Below are positions 1-8,213 of a DNA stretch of 64,000 bases, piece by piece. The notes beneath the pieces were generated by a model. The model saw only the letters and a program-made list of their open reading frames with translations, was not told the origin of the DNA and did no database searches. The first letter of the stretch is position 1, and each line of letters begins with the position of its first letter. The translations under genes were made by a program, and so were the position numbers. This DNA comes from Candidatus Lustribacter sp. Its GTDB lineage: Bacteria; Vulcanimicrobiota; Vulcanimicrobiia; Vulcanimicrobiales; Vulcanimicrobiaceae. The stretch lies in NCBI GenBank assembly GCA_965277805.1, contig OZ255842.1, positions 2,208,001 through 2,272,000 of the forward strand, in the 5' to 3' direction.

Positions 1-1
1 C

Positions 2-1075
2 GTGCTCCCGCTCACCGGTTTTGCCGCGTTCCTCGGTGCGGGCGTAGCGACCACGCTGGGCGTCGTCCAGGAAATCACGAACCAGCACGGCGGGATTCAC
101 GGCCGCCCGGTCAAGTTCGTCATCGAGGACGACCAATCGTCACCGCAGGTCACGCTTCAGCTAACGCAAGCGATTGCGGCGAAACACGTTCCGGCAATGT
201 TAGGCTCGGCGGTATCGGCGATGTGCCAGGCTCAGCTTCCCGCGATCAAAGATGGCCCGCTGACCTGGTGCATGTCACCGGTGGTCCGGCCACCGGCCGG
301 CAGCTTCATGTTCACGGTTCTGCAAACGACCGACGACTACATCGACGTATGCCTGCGCTACGCTGAAGCGCGTGGTTGGCACAAACTTGCCGTTATCACG
401 ACCACGGATGCATCGGGCCAAGACTTCGACGCAACACTCGATCGCGTGATGGCGAAGCCGGAACACCGCGGCGAGTCCATCGTTTCGCGCGATCACTACA
501 ACATCTCCGATATCAGCGTTGCAGCGCAGGTTGCACACATCAAGAGCTCGGGCGCCGACGCGATGTTCGGCTGGTCGGCCGGAACGTCGTTCAGCACGCT
601 GTTGCATGCCGACGTCGACGCCGGTGTGGATCTGCCGATGTTTACGAGCGCGGCAAATCTGGTGACGGCACAAATGAAGACGCTCAGCTCGATCGCCCCG
701 ACCGCACTCTACATTCCGGGCACGGCCGCCTACGCGCCGAATCTCCTGCGCGACGGCCCGCAAAAGCAGGCCGTTCTCGAATACATCAACGCGATGCGCG
801 CCCGGAACTTGCCGATCGACCAAACCACCTTAAACGGGTGGGACGAACCAACGATCATCATCAACGCCCTGCGCAAGTTCGGCACAAACGCCACAGCCGA
901 GCAGCTCCGCTCCTATTTGGCCGCTTACAAAGGCCCGGGCATCGTTGGAAACTATGACTTTCCGCAATACCCGCAACGCGGCTTGAACGCCTCGAGCGTG
1001 CTCGTCGTTCGGTGGGACCAAGCCCACCAAACATGGACCGGCGCGAGTCAGTTCGGCGGTACGCCGATCAAGTAG
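2..1075 (+). CDS. ABC solute-binding protein, LivJ/branched-chain (PBP type 1) family, 5'-partial
   Basis: LPLTGFAAFLG and NQHGGIHGRPVKFVIEDDQSSPQ are typical LivJ-family N-terminal motifs. The ORF is open at the window edge. Confidence 0.85.
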   Translation: MLPLTGFAAFLGAGVATTLGVVQEITNQHGGIHGRPVKFVIEDDQSSPQVTLQLTQAIAAKHVPAMLGSAVSAMCQAQLPAIKDGPLTWCMSPVVRPPAGSFMFTVLQTTDDYIDVCLRYAEARGWHKLAVITTTDASGQDFDATLDRVMAKPEHRGESIVSRDHYNISDISVAAQVAHIKSSGADAMFGWSAGTSFSTLLHADVDAGVDLPMFTSAANLVTAQMKTLSSIAPTALYIPGTAAYAPNLLRDGPQKQAVLEYINAMRARNLPIDQTTLNGWDEPTIIINALRKFGTNATAEQLRSYLAAYKGPGIVGNYDFPQYPQRGLNASSVLVVRWDQAHQTWTGASQFGGTPIK

Positions 1076-2336
1076 CCGCGGCCGTGTGCAGCACGGCGCT
1101 CGGATGCTCGTCCTTCTTCAAACGGTGCGCGCGCACGGTGAGGCCGGCGACGGGATCTTCCAACGGCGTTCGCTGCGCCATCAACGGATCGCGCCCGGCA
1201 GCGACGTCGGCGATCGCCTTCAGCATCTGGCGGCGCATCACGATCACCGGTTCGTCGGTTGTGCCGAGGCGTTCCGTCGAACGATCGTAGATCGGCCCTT
1301 GCGTTTCGATCGCGAACCGGTCGTGATCCTGAAAGTTCGGTCCCATCCCGATAAACGTGCTGCTGCGCATCTCGCTGCGGTTCTGCAGATAGCGGTTCGT
1401 GGCGTTGCGGCGGCCCTCGTATTTCTCATCGACCTCACCCTTGATGGTCCGATCGCAGTATGCGTGGTCGAGCGGTCCGTTCTGTCGATGCACGATGACG
1501 TACTTGTAGTGATGCGTATCGTCGATCGGCACGTGCCAATGTGCCTGATAACCTTCGTTAGCCACCGGCTTGCGCAGCGCCGGGTCGATGAGCGGAATGC
1601 CGTCGAACATCGAACCGTTGGGCATGATGAAGTTGGATATGCGCACGTACACTTCGTCGTCGCCGGCTCGACGAGAAGCATACGCACGTAGGCCGAACGC
1701 CGTTTCTTCGACGGTCAGCTTGGGCGCAACGTCGCCGCCCATAATGATGCCGGCATCGACGAACTGTTGCGACGTGTCGTTGAAGTGGTGCAGAAATGAA
1801 AGGTGCTGCGGGTCGATATTGCCTTCGTTGCCCTGCAGGTAGTTACACGCTTGCCACAGCTTCGTCGCCCACACCTGATCCGGCGGCGCGCTCAGGAACG
1901 GAAAACGCGGCACGGGCGGCGGCTCGTCGGGCCCCATGTATGCGAAGATCAACCCGTTGCTTTCGTGCAGCGGATATGCGGTGTGCCGAACGCGGTCTTT
2001 GAACGTGCTCCCGGCCGTTTCACCCGGCTGCTCGAGACAGCGGCCGTCGCGCGCCATCACCCAGCCGTGATAGAGGCACCGCAGGCCGCCCGCCTCGATC
2101 CGCCCGTAGCTCAGGTCAACGCCGCGGTGCGGGCACTTCAAACCCAAAAGCCCCGGCAGTCCATACTCGTCGCGAAAGAGCACCAGATGTTCACTGAGGA
2201 TCTGCACGGGCTTGGGTGTCCCGGGCTGAGCTTCTTCCGATAAAGCAACTGGCTGCCAATACCGCCGCAGCATGTTGCCGCCAGGCGTACCGGGCGAGGT
2301 TTGCGTGAGCAGATCGTTTTGGGCTTTCGTCAGCAC
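1068..2336 (-). CDS. Rieske non-heme iron oxygenase alpha subunit (phthalate 4,5-dioxygenase/LigX-like)
   Basis: Rieske motif CPHRG...RCLYHGW, mononuclear Fe motif EGNIDPQHLSFLH, and N-terminus MLTKAQNDLLTQTSPGTPGGNMLRRYWQPV typical of this subfamily. GTG start. Confidence 0.9.
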   Translation of the reverse strand: MLTKAQNDLLTQTSPGTPGGNMLRRYWQPVALSEEAQPGTPKPVQILSEHLVLFRDEYGLPGLLGLKCPHRGVDLSYGRIEAGGLRCLYHGWVMARDGRCLEQPGETAGSTFKDRVRHTAYPLHESNGLIFAYMGPDEPPPVPRFPFLSAPPDQVWATKLWQACNYLQGNEGNIDPQHLSFLHHFNDTSQQFVDAGIIMGGDVAPKLTVEETAFGLRAYASRRAGDDEVYVRISNFIMPNGSMFDGIPLIDPALRKPVANEGYQAHWHVPIDDTHHYKYVIVHRQNGPLDHAYCDRTIKGEVDEKYEGRRNATNRYLQNRSEMRSSTFIGMGPNFQDHDRFAIETQGPIYDRSTERLGTTDEPVIVMRRQMLKAIADVAAGRDPLMAQRTPLEDPVAGLTVRAHRLKKDEHPSAVLHTAAAT

Positions 2337-2396
2337 ACCACGGAATTGTCAGTGGCATTTGCCACACCCTCCAGCGATCCGGCGCGACGGGGCGGC

Positions 2397-2741
2397 CTAA
2401 CCAATAGCAGCCGTCCCCGCCATGACGCGCAGCACGTGCGTCTTCTCATGGAGGTCCGCTGGGTCGCCGCCGGCCGACCAGCCGAGCGCGCGACGATAGC
2501 TGCCCAAGTCGCCGCGTTCGGCAAGTTGTTGCTCGCTGACCTCGACGTGCCGGTGCGCCTCGGGCGAGACGAACAGCGCGTCAACCGGGCAGTAGGCTTC
2601 ACACAGGAAGCAGGTCTGACAGTCGTCCTGCCGCGTGATGACCGGTGCCGCATCATCGCGCGCATCGAACACGTTGGTCGGGCAAACCTTCACGCAGATG
2701 TTGCACGAAATGCAACGCGATGCGGAAACGAGTTCGATCAT
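2397..2741 (-). CDS. 2x[4Fe-4S] ferredoxin (AsfB-like)
   Basis: CISCNICVKVCP and CQTCFLCEAYCP motifs. The start overlaps the stop of the upstream flavoprotein (TGATG). Confidence 0.9.
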   Translation of the reverse strand: MIELVSASRCISCNICVKVCPTNVFDARDDAAPVITRQDDCQTCFLCEAYCPVDALFVSPEAHRHVEVSEQQLAERGDLGSYRRALGWSAGGDPADLHEKTHVLRVMAGTAAIG

Positions 2742-4336
2742 CAGGCGCTCACGAGATCTCGGACGGCCGCTCGTGGCACCGGCTGTTCGTAGCGCAACGC
2801 GATCGTATCGACGCCCGAGAGGATCTGATGGTGTTGCTGCAGCGGATCGATCTGCGGGAAGTCGGTGCGCCTGTGCATGCCGCGGCTCTCGGTGCGCGCG
2901 AGCGCGCTCGTATACGCCCAGCGCGCCGTTGCCGCAAGTGCGGCCGCTTCACGGGAGCGCTGCACCTCGCGCGCGCCGCCAACAACTTCCGCGCTTTGCG
3001 GCATCCCTGATGCCCATAGCCCATCCAGCACCGCGAGCGACGAACGCAGTCCCGCATCGGTGCGGAACATGTTTTTCTCGAGCGGCAGCATCTCGTTCTT
3101 CACCCTGGCAATCGCTGCGTCGGACTCGGTGATTTTCCACGTACCGGCGCCGGTGAGGCGTCGCGTCTTGCGCGACGCTCCAAGGCGCAGCGCAAAGGCC
3201 GCAGCGCCTTCGCCGGCCCACGAACCCGAGGACATCGCCCACGCGGCATTGTGACTTCCGCCGCCGGTAAAACCGCCGCAGATGCGTTCGCGCGTCGCCG
3301 CATCGCCGGCTGCATACAGACCCGGTACTCGCGATGCGCAGGTTTCATCCGTGATGCGGATGCCGCCCGTGCCGCGTACCGTTCCTTCGAGTACGAGCGT
3401 CACGGGGAAGCGTTCGTTGAACGGGTCGATGCCGCTGCGGTCGAACGGCAAGAAAAAGTTCGGTTGCGCCAACCGCAGGAAAGCCTGAACCTCGGGTCGC
3501 TCCTTGGCTTTGATCAGTTGCGCGTAGACGGGACCGTTGATCAGCGTCCGGCCGATCGTGGCAGCGGAGTGATGACCGTCCTTGACCGCCTTGATGTCTT
3601 CGCCCGCTTCGTTCGTGAACACGGCCCAACTGTAATGCGCGGTTTTCGTAACGGAGCCGAACACGGTCGAGACGGCGTATTGGCTCGAGAACTCCATACC
3701 GGAAAGCTCCGCTCCCGCTTCGCCGGCGAAGAGATAACCGTCGCCGGTGTTATTGTTCGTGCCGAGCGCCTTGCTCAAGAACGCGCATCCGCCGGTCGCG
3801 ATCACCACGGCACCCGAACGCACGGTCCAGTCACGTTCTTCCTGTTGCTGCACGCCGCGCGCGCCGGCCACGTTGCCGCTGCCGTCGACCAGCAGCTCGA
3901 GTGCAGGGCTATGATCGAGAATCTTCACTCCCGCGCGTGAGATGACTTTGCGCATCAAGCGCATGTACTCCGGACCCTGCAAGTTGCGTCGCACCGTCTC
4001 GCCGTTTTCGCGCGGGAACGGATAGCCCCACGCCTCGACCAGCTCCATGTTCGACCAGGTGCGATCGAGCACGCGATCCATCCAATCGTGGTCGGCGAGA
4101 TAACCGCCGAGCGCTTCGCGTTGCGCCTTGGCCTTTTCGCGATCTTCCGTCGTCGGCGGAATCACCCACACGCCGGTACCGCTCGGCGCGGTCGCGCCGC
4201 TCGAGCCGCAATAGCCCTTATCGACGAGCACGACCGAGGCGCCGGCTTGCGCCGCGTTCCATGCAGCCCACGTTCCGGCGGGTCCGCCCCCGATCACGAG
4301 AACGTCGGCATCGAGTTCCAAGCCGTCCTTAAACAT
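2741..4336 (-). CDS. FAD-dependent oxidoreductase, succinate dehydrogenase/fumarate reductase flavoprotein family (AsfA-like)
   Basis: DVLVIGGGPAG FAD motif, VIATGG, GLYAAGD and C-terminal RTESRGMHRRTDFP. True start is ATG 4336 with a GAGGT RBS; the longer ORF-track start runs through the terminator. Confidence 0.85.
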   Translation of the reverse strand: MFKDGLELDADVLVIGGGPAGTWAAWNAAQAGASVVLVDKGYCGSSGATAPSGTGVWVIPPTTEDREKAKAQREALGGYLADHDWMDRVLDRTWSNMELVEAWGYPFPRENGETVRRNLQGPEYMRLMRKVISRAGVKILDHSPALELLVDGSGNVAGARGVQQQEERDWTVRSGAVVIATGGCAFLSKALGTNNNTGDGYLFAGEAGAELSGMEFSSQYAVSTVFGSVTKTAHYSWAVFTNEAGEDIKAVKDGHHSAATIGRTLINGPVYAQLIKAKERPEVQAFLRLAQPNFFLPFDRSGIDPFNERFPVTLVLEGTVRGTGGIRITDETCASRVPGLYAAGDAATRERICGGFTGGGSHNAAWAMSSGSWAGEGAAAFALRLGASRKTRRLTGAGTWKITESDAAIARVKNEMLPLEKNMFRTDAGLRSSLAVLDGLWASGMPQSAEVVGGAREVQRSREAAALAATARWAYTSALARTESRGMHRRTDFPQIDPLQQHHQILSGVDTIALRYEQPVPRAAVRDLVSA

Positions 4337-4360
4337 TCTTACCTCAAAAGCACGTGTGGG

Positions 4361-4397
4361 AAAAAGAAAAAAGCCCCCCGCCGGTTGGCGGAGGGCT
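4361..4397 (-). terminator. Intrinsic terminator (attenuator) in the leader of the flavoprotein operon
   Basis: Minus strand AGCCCTCCGCC-AACC-GGCGGGGGGCT then TTTTTCTTTTT, located between the leader ORF and the flavoprotein RBS. Confidence 0.9.
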
Positions 4398-4427
4398 CGC
4401 ATTCGCACGAACAAACGGTCGAGCGCG

Positions 4428-4493
4428 CTAAACCAGCATCACACCACTACGGCGGACGGTCTCGGCGCAACAACAACGGTTCACGAACGACAT
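4428..4493 (-). CDS. Cysteine-rich leader peptide MSFVNRCCCAETVRRSGVMLV (21 aa), probably leaderless
   Basis: Hand-translated ATG 4493 to TAG 4428. Three tandem Cys codons TGT TGT TGC (4475-4467). The ATG lies 7 nt from the -10 box and the ORF precedes a terminator. Confidence 0.8.
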   Translation of the reverse strand: MSFVNRCCCAETVRRSGVMLV

Positions 4494-4500
4494 CGACGGC

Positions 4501-4530
4501 ACTGTAACACACCCTTCAAGACGCTGTCAA
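4501..4530 (-). promoter_or_regulatory. Sigma70-type promoter, leftward
   Basis: TTGACA (4530-4525), 18-nt spacer, extended -10 TGT-TACAGT (4509-4501). Confidence 0.75.
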
Positions 4531-4544
4531 ACCGGTTTGACAGC
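4523..4544. promoter_or_regulatory. Perfect 22-bp palindrome containing both -35 boxes; possible operator
   Basis: GCTGTCAAACCGGTTTGACAGC is its own reverse complement. Confidence 0.75.
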
Positions 4545-4566
4545 ATTCTACACGGCGTGTTATGGT
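4537..4566 (+). promoter_or_regulatory. Sigma70-type promoter, rightward
   Basis: TTGACA (4537-4542), 18-nt spacer, extended -10 TGT-TATGGT (4558-4566). Confidence 0.75.
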
Positions 4567-4572
4567 GCGGCC

Positions 4573-4647
4573 ATGTCGGCTCGCCGTTTCGTCTGCACGT
4601 GTCCCTGTTGTCTTGCTGGAAACGAGCGAGCCTTGTTTGTGATGTAG
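4573..4647 (+). CDS. Cysteine-rich leader peptide MSARRFVCTCPCCLAGNERALFVM (24 aa), probably leaderless
   Basis: Hand-translated ATG 4573 to TAG 4647. Four Cys in six codons (TGC ACG TGT CCC TGT TGT, 4594-4611). The ATG is 6 nt after the -10 box and there is no SD. Confidence 0.8.
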   Translation: MSARRFVCTCPCCLAGNERALFVM

Positions 4648-4671
4648 GCGTTTCTGCCGCCGCGTCCGTGC

Positions 4672-4705
4672 AAGCCCTCGCTCGAGCGAGGGCTTTTTTA
4701 TTTTT
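4672..4705 (+). terminator. Intrinsic terminator (attenuator) in the leader of the sulfonate ABC operon
   Basis: AAGCCCTCGC-TCGA-GCGAGGGCTT then TTTTATTTTT, about 35 nt before the SBP start. Confidence 0.9.
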
Positions 4706-4740
4706 GTTGCCGTCCGCCCGAAAGGCCAGAGACCGTTCGA

Positions 4741-5802
4741 ATGAATCATCACCTTACGCGCCGCGCGAGCCTCGCTGCAATAGGCGCGCTCGTCGCAACC
4801 GGAACCCGCGCATTTGGCGCCGAGGCGACGCCGCCCGTCATCCGCCTCGGCGGGGTCGGCTACGGTTACGGCAAGCCGTTTGGAGAGCACGCCATCGCCG
4901 TCGCGCAAGCCCAACGCTTCGTCGAAGCCGAGACGAAGTTTGCCGTGCGCGTCGAGTATACGTATTTCGACCACACCGGACCGGCCATCAACGAAGCGCT
5001 TGCAGCCGGCCAGCTCGACTTCGCAAGTTATGGCGAACTGCCGCAAATCATCGGCAAGGCGAACGGGCTCCAAACGCGGATCGTCGCCAACGGCGGCATC
5101 AGCAACATCTATGTGGGCGTTCGCAACGGCGTCAAGGCGAACACGATCGCCGATCTCAAAGGACTGCGCGTCACGCTCCAGCGCGGGACCATCTTACATC
5201 AAGCCTTGGATCGGCTGCTCGCCGAAGCCGGCTTGTCCGAAAAAGACATTCAACTCTACGACCTGCCCACGGCCGACCAGTTGACGGCGCTCAGCAGCGG
5301 CCAGGCCGACGCGAGCGTGGGGACCGCATCGCTCCTCACGCTGCGCGATCAGGGCCTGGTGCGCGTCATCTACTCGACGGCAGGCAAGACCACGCCGGAC
5401 GGCATCAACGCCGTTGCCGTCACTGAAGACTTCTCGAGCAAATATCCGGGCGCGACCGGCGCCGTCGTGCGCGCGTTCGTGAAGGCGGCGAATTGGACGG
5501 CCCAGCCGCACAATCGCGACGCCGTGCTGGATATCTGGGCTAAGTCGGGCCCGCCGCGTAAGGTCATCGCCGAAGATCTGGCGGGCCCGCTCAAAGACAC
5601 GGACATTCCGCTCATCGACGAATTGTTCGTGGCCGGTCTCAAAGTCGGCATCGACTTCTCCGTTCGCAACAAGTTGATCCGGCAGGCCTTCGACGTCGAT
5701 GCTTGGATCGACCGGCGCTACGTTGATGCCGCGCTTCGCGATCTCAATCTGGTGAGCTACTGGCAACCGCGCCACGCCCCGCCGTCGCTCGCCAAAGACT
5801 AA
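4741..5802 (+). CDS. Sulfonate-type ABC solute-binding protein (SsuA/AsfC-like)
   Basis: GPAINEALAAGQLDFASYGELP and IADLKGLRVTLQRGT motifs, twin-arginine-like signal LTRRASL, followed by two permeases and an ATPase. Confidence 0.88.
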   Translation: MNHHLTRRASLAAIGALVATGTRAFGAEATPPVIRLGGVGYGYGKPFGEHAIAVAQAQRFVEAETKFAVRVEYTYFDHTGPAINEALAAGQLDFASYGELPQIIGKANGLQTRIVANGGISNIYVGVRNGVKANTIADLKGLRVTLQRGTILHQALDRLLAEAGLSEKDIQLYDLPTADQLTALSSGQADASVGTASLLTLRDQGLVRVIYSTAGKTTPDGINAVAVTEDFSSKYPGATGAVVRAFVKAANWTAQPHNRDAVLDIWAKSGPPRKVIAEDLAGPLKDTDIPLIDELFVAGLKVGIDFSVRNKLIRQAFDVDAWIDRRYVDAALRDLNLVSYWQPRHAPPSLAKD

Positions 5803-5807
5803 GCCCG

Positions 5808-6647
5808 ATGATACGCGCGATCCCGTTCGTCGACATTGCGAACGCACCGGCCCTCGGACGGCCTGCGCGCGCCGCCGCGCAGCGCGGGCGAAGCCGGTGG
5901 CGCTCGGCCGCTCTCGGCGCGATCGTACCGCTTGCGATACTTGCGCTGTGGTCGCTCACGGTTGCATTGCACGCGATGCGATCGCAAATTTTGCCGAGCC
6001 CGCCGGCGGTGTTGGCCGCAGCAGCCGATTTGCTCCGCAGCGGCGATCTCGCCGCAGCACTCGGCGTGAGCCTCGGACGGGTCGCTCTCGGCCTCGCGAT
6101 CGGAAGCGCCTTCGGCCTCGTTGCGGGCGCTGCGCTTGGGCGCTCGCCGGCGCTCGACGCCTACTTCGGCCCGGCTCTGCGCGCGATCTGCCAGATTCCG
6201 ACGATCGCGTGGCTGCCGGTGTTCATGCTGATCTTCGGTATCGGCGAAGAACTCAAAGTCGCGATCATCGCGAAGGCTGCCTTCCTACCGATGCTGCTCA
6301 ATGCGTTCGCAGGCGTGCGCACCGCGCCGGCGCGCTACCACGAAGTCGCGAACGTGCTGGAATTCAGCCCGCTGCAGCGACTGCGTTTCGTGACGATTCC
6401 ATCCGCGCTGCCGATGATCGTCTCGGGTTTACGCCTGGCATTGAGCAACGCGTGGCACGTGCTCATCGTCGTTGAGATGCTTGCATCCGCATCCGGCATC
6501 GGCCATCTCATGGCGTGGAGCCGCACGCTTTTCCAACTCGACGTCGTTTTCGTCACCGTGGTCGCGATCGGTGCGACCGGGTGGCTCATGGATACCGCGA
6601 TGCGAGCGGCCGAACGCCGTTTGAGCCCCTGGAGCACGTCCGCATGA
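5808..6647 (+). CDS. ABC permease, SsuC/TauC family
   Basis: LPSPPAV, QIPTIAWLPVFMLIFGIGE, IPSALPMIVSGLRLAL and VEMLASASGIG motifs. Confidence 0.9.
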   Translation: MIRAIPFVDIANAPALGRPARAAAQRGRSRWRSAALGAIVPLAILALWSLTVALHAMRSQILPSPPAVLAAAADLLRSGDLAAALGVSLGRVALGLAIGSAFGLVAGAALGRSPALDAYFGPALRAICQIPTIAWLPVFMLIFGIGEELKVAIIAKAAFLPMLLNAFAGVRTAPARYHEVANVLEFSPLQRLRFVTIPSALPMIVSGLRLALSNAWHVLIVVEMLASASGIGHLMAWSRTLFQLDVVFVTVVAIGATGWLMDTAMRAAERRLSPWSTSA

Positions 6648-7429
6648 CGCGGCCGCTCGCTCGCCGTCGCATCGATCTTCGCGGCGCCGTCGTTCCTCTG
6701 GTGCTCGCAGTGGGCTGGATCGTCGCCTCGGTGTCGGGCCACTGGGATCCGCACATGCTCGTCCCGCCCGGTCAGCTCGCGCGCGGCTTTATCGCGACGG
6801 CGCAAAACGGCGAGTTTTGGACTGCGGCGGGTGCGAGTCTGCTCCGTCTCGTGACCGGTTGGCTGGCGGGATCGGTCGCCGGCGTTGCGCTCGGCCTCAT
6901 CGCCGGCTGCTCCGCGCCGGCTGAGCAAATAATCGCGCCATCACTCAACGCCGTGCGTCAAGTCGCGCTGTTCGCGTGGATTCCATTGCTCACCGCGTGG
7001 TTCGGCGACGGCAACTCGGCCGAAGTGTTCTTGATCGCGCTCGCGGCGTTTTTTCCGGCCGCACTCAACACCGAAACCGGCTGCCGCAACGCTCCGATCG
7101 CCTTACGCGAAGTGGGCCGCGTCTTGGAATTCGGCCCGCGGGAAATACTTCGCCGCATCATCATTCCGTCAGCCATGCCCTCGATCGCCTCGGGATTGCA
7201 GATCGCCCTGACGTCCGCCTGGATCGGCACGATCGGCGCCGAGTATCTCATCGACCAAGGCAACGGCCTTGGCGTGTTTCTTTCTTCTGCCCGAATGGAT
7301 AATCGCATGGACGTCGTCCTCTTCTGCATCGTTGCCTTAGGCTGCATCGGGTACGGCCTGAGCACCGCGCTCCGTCTCGCCTTTGCGTCCGCTGCGCCGG
7401 CAACGGCACTGGCAGCCCTCGATGACTGA
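6644..7429 (+). CDS. ABC permease, SsuC/TauC family (second copy)
   Basis: ATGA overlap with the previous stop. RQVALFAWIPLLTAWFG and IPSAMPSIASGLQIAL motifs. Confidence 0.9.
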   Translation: MTRPLARRRIDLRGAVVPLVLAVGWIVASVSGHWDPHMLVPPGQLARGFIATAQNGEFWTAAGASLLRLVTGWLAGSVAGVALGLIAGCSAPAEQIIAPSLNAVRQVALFAWIPLLTAWFGDGNSAEVFLIALAAFFPAALNTETGCRNAPIALREVGRVLEFGPREILRRIIIPSAMPSIASGLQIALTSAWIGTIGAEYLIDQGNGLGVFLSSARMDNRMDVVLFCIVALGCIGYGLSTALRLAFASAAPATALAALDD

Positions 7430-8183
7430 GCGCGGCCGCCTCGACATTCTCAATGTCGACAAGTCGTTCTACGTCGATGGTGCGGAGGTACGGGCATTGG
7501 CCGGCGTTTCGCTCACGGTGAACGCCGGTGAATTCGTCACCATCGTCGGCCCGAGCGGTTGCGGCAAGTCAACGCTGCTGCGACTGGTGGCCGGTCTCGA
7601 CCGCGCCGGCAACGGCACGGTTTCGTTCGACGGTGAGCCCGTCGTCGAACCGAGCCTGCGCCGCGGCGTCGTCTTTCAAGACCACCGCCTCTTCCCATGG
7701 CTGAACGTCGAAGCCAACGTCGCCACCGGCCTGCTCAAAGCCGGCGGATTCGACGCCGAAAAACGCACAACCGCTTCGCGGCTCATCGCGCTCGTGGGCT
7801 TGAGCGGTTTCGAAAAAGCGTTTCCGCATCAGCTCTCGGGCGGCATGGCACAGCGCGCGGCGATCGCGCGCAGCCTCGCCGCGAAACCCGACATTCTGCT
7901 CCTCGACGAACCCCTCGGTGCGCTGGATTCGCTCACGCGCGGCCGCATGCAGGCCGAGCTGCTGCGCGTCTGGCAGCACGAGAAGACGACGATGCTCATG
8001 GTGACGCACGACGTGGGCGAGGCTGTCTATCTCTCCGATCGCATCGTCGTGATGGATCGCGATCCGGGCCGAATCCGCGAAATTATCGAGGTCCCGTTCC
8101 CCAAACCCCGCACCCGCCTCGACCCCGCCGTCGCCGCCTTCACCGAACGCATCATCGCCCGCCTAGAAACGGCGCCGGCATGA
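7422..8183 (+). CDS. ABC ATP-binding protein, SsuB/TauB family
   Basis: Walker A GPSGCGKST, signature LSGGMAQRA, Walker B LLLDEP, VTHD. Confidence 0.93.
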   Translation: MTERGRLDILNVDKSFYVDGAEVRALAGVSLTVNAGEFVTIVGPSGCGKSTLLRLVAGLDRAGNGTVSFDGEPVVEPSLRRGVVFQDHRLFPWLNVEANVATGLLKAGGFDAEKRTTASRLIALVGLSGFEKAFPHQLSGGMAQRAAIARSLAAKPDILLLDEPLGALDSLTRGRMQAELLRVWQHEKTTMLMVTHDVGEAVYLSDRIVVMDRDPGRIREIIEVPFPKPRTRLDPAVAAFTERIIARLETAPA

Positions 8184-8213
8184 TTGGAGCGCATGGAGCT
8201 ACCCACCCCCCGA

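Noticed and set aside
4337-4414. 26-aa N-terminal extension of the flavoprotein in the ORF track
   Set aside because: It runs through the terminator hairpin and U-tract. The RBS and FAD motif support ATG 4336.
4337-4740. SAM riboswitch or Cys T-box as the explanation for the leader terminators
   Set aside because: I saw no SAM-I core or T-box consensus (AGGTGGTACCGCG-like), and the leaders are short and filled by Cys-rich ORFs. An Rfam scan would settle it.
4356-5426. 356-aa plus-strand ORF across the leader region
   Set aside because: Arg-rich out-of-frame shadow of the SBP gene that crosses promoters and a terminator.
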